Below are positions 63,821 to 64,000 of a stretch of 64,000 bases of DNA, in pieces; within the stretch, counting starts at the first letter, position 1; the number at the start of each line of letters is the position of its first letter. The notes below the pieces were generated by a model. It searched no databases, had not been told where the DNA came from, and saw only the letters and a list, made by a program, of their open reading frames with translations. Origin of the DNA: Raja brachyura (Eukaryota); contig OY740790.1 of assembly GCA_963514005.1 (NCBI GenBank), forward strand, positions 4,960,001 to 5,024,000, written 5' to 3'. A program made the position numbers and the translations under genes.

Positions 63821-64000
63821 GCTGGGTGCTGGGGCGGGGAGCTGGGTGCTGGGGCGGGGAGCTGGGTGCTGGGGCGGGGAGCTGGGTGCTGGGGCGGGGA
63901 GCTGGGTGCTGGGGCGGGGAGCTGGGTGCTGGGGCGGGGAGCTGGGTGCTGGGGCGGGGAGCTGGGTGCTGGGGCGGGGAGCTGGGTGCTGGGGCGGAGG
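63821..64000. repeat. G-rich minisatellite, 20-bp unit GCTGGGTGCTGGGGCGGGGA, 9 copies, reaching the window end
   Basis: Near-perfect tandem repeats read directly. Confidence 0.97.

Noticed and set aside
59600-64000. V, D or J segments and recombination signal sequences (e.g. CACAGTG at 63708)
   Set aside because: No properly spaced nonamer and no WGxG J motif found; the variable segments presumably lie beyond the window

Overview
Vertebrate genomic DNA, most likely from a cartilaginous fish. The IgX/IgW-type tail and the CR1/Penelope/V-SINE repeat landscape suggest a skate; this is an inference. There are three N-gaps (6689-6906, 17067-17203, 23501-23652). (1) Positions 1-17066 hold decayed class I (gamma/epsilon-like, tRNA-Pro PBS) endogenous retroviruses: provirus A, a duplicate A', and an inverted provirus B nested in A'. 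Provirus B has lost CA/PR/RT/RNaseH. In their place it carries a second matrix-like segment directly abutting an intronless, pseudogenised copy of part of the host FCHO1/2 F-BAR domain, which looks like retroviral capture of a membrane-bending endocytic gene. (2) Positions ~24800-59600 (minus strand) hold an immunoglobulin IgW (IgX) heavy-chain constant locus. In transcriptional order it has CH1, CH2, a Cys-rich short secretory tail, CH3, CH4, two extra CH3/CH4-like exon pairs, CH5, CH6 with the long secretory tail, four more intact CH3/CH4-like pairs downstream of the secretory exon, then TM1 and TM2. All 18 C exons are open with phase-1 AG acceptors, and all but CH6 have GT donors. This allows a secreted form of up to 10 C domains and a membrane form of up to ~16-17 C domains. 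Each duplicated pair contains a palindromic Harbinger-like MITE, and most neighbouring pairs are separated by a Rex/Babar LINE fragment. A G-rich, AGCT-containing 20-bp minisatellite sits in the presumed J-CH1 intron at the window end. No V, D or J segments are in the window.
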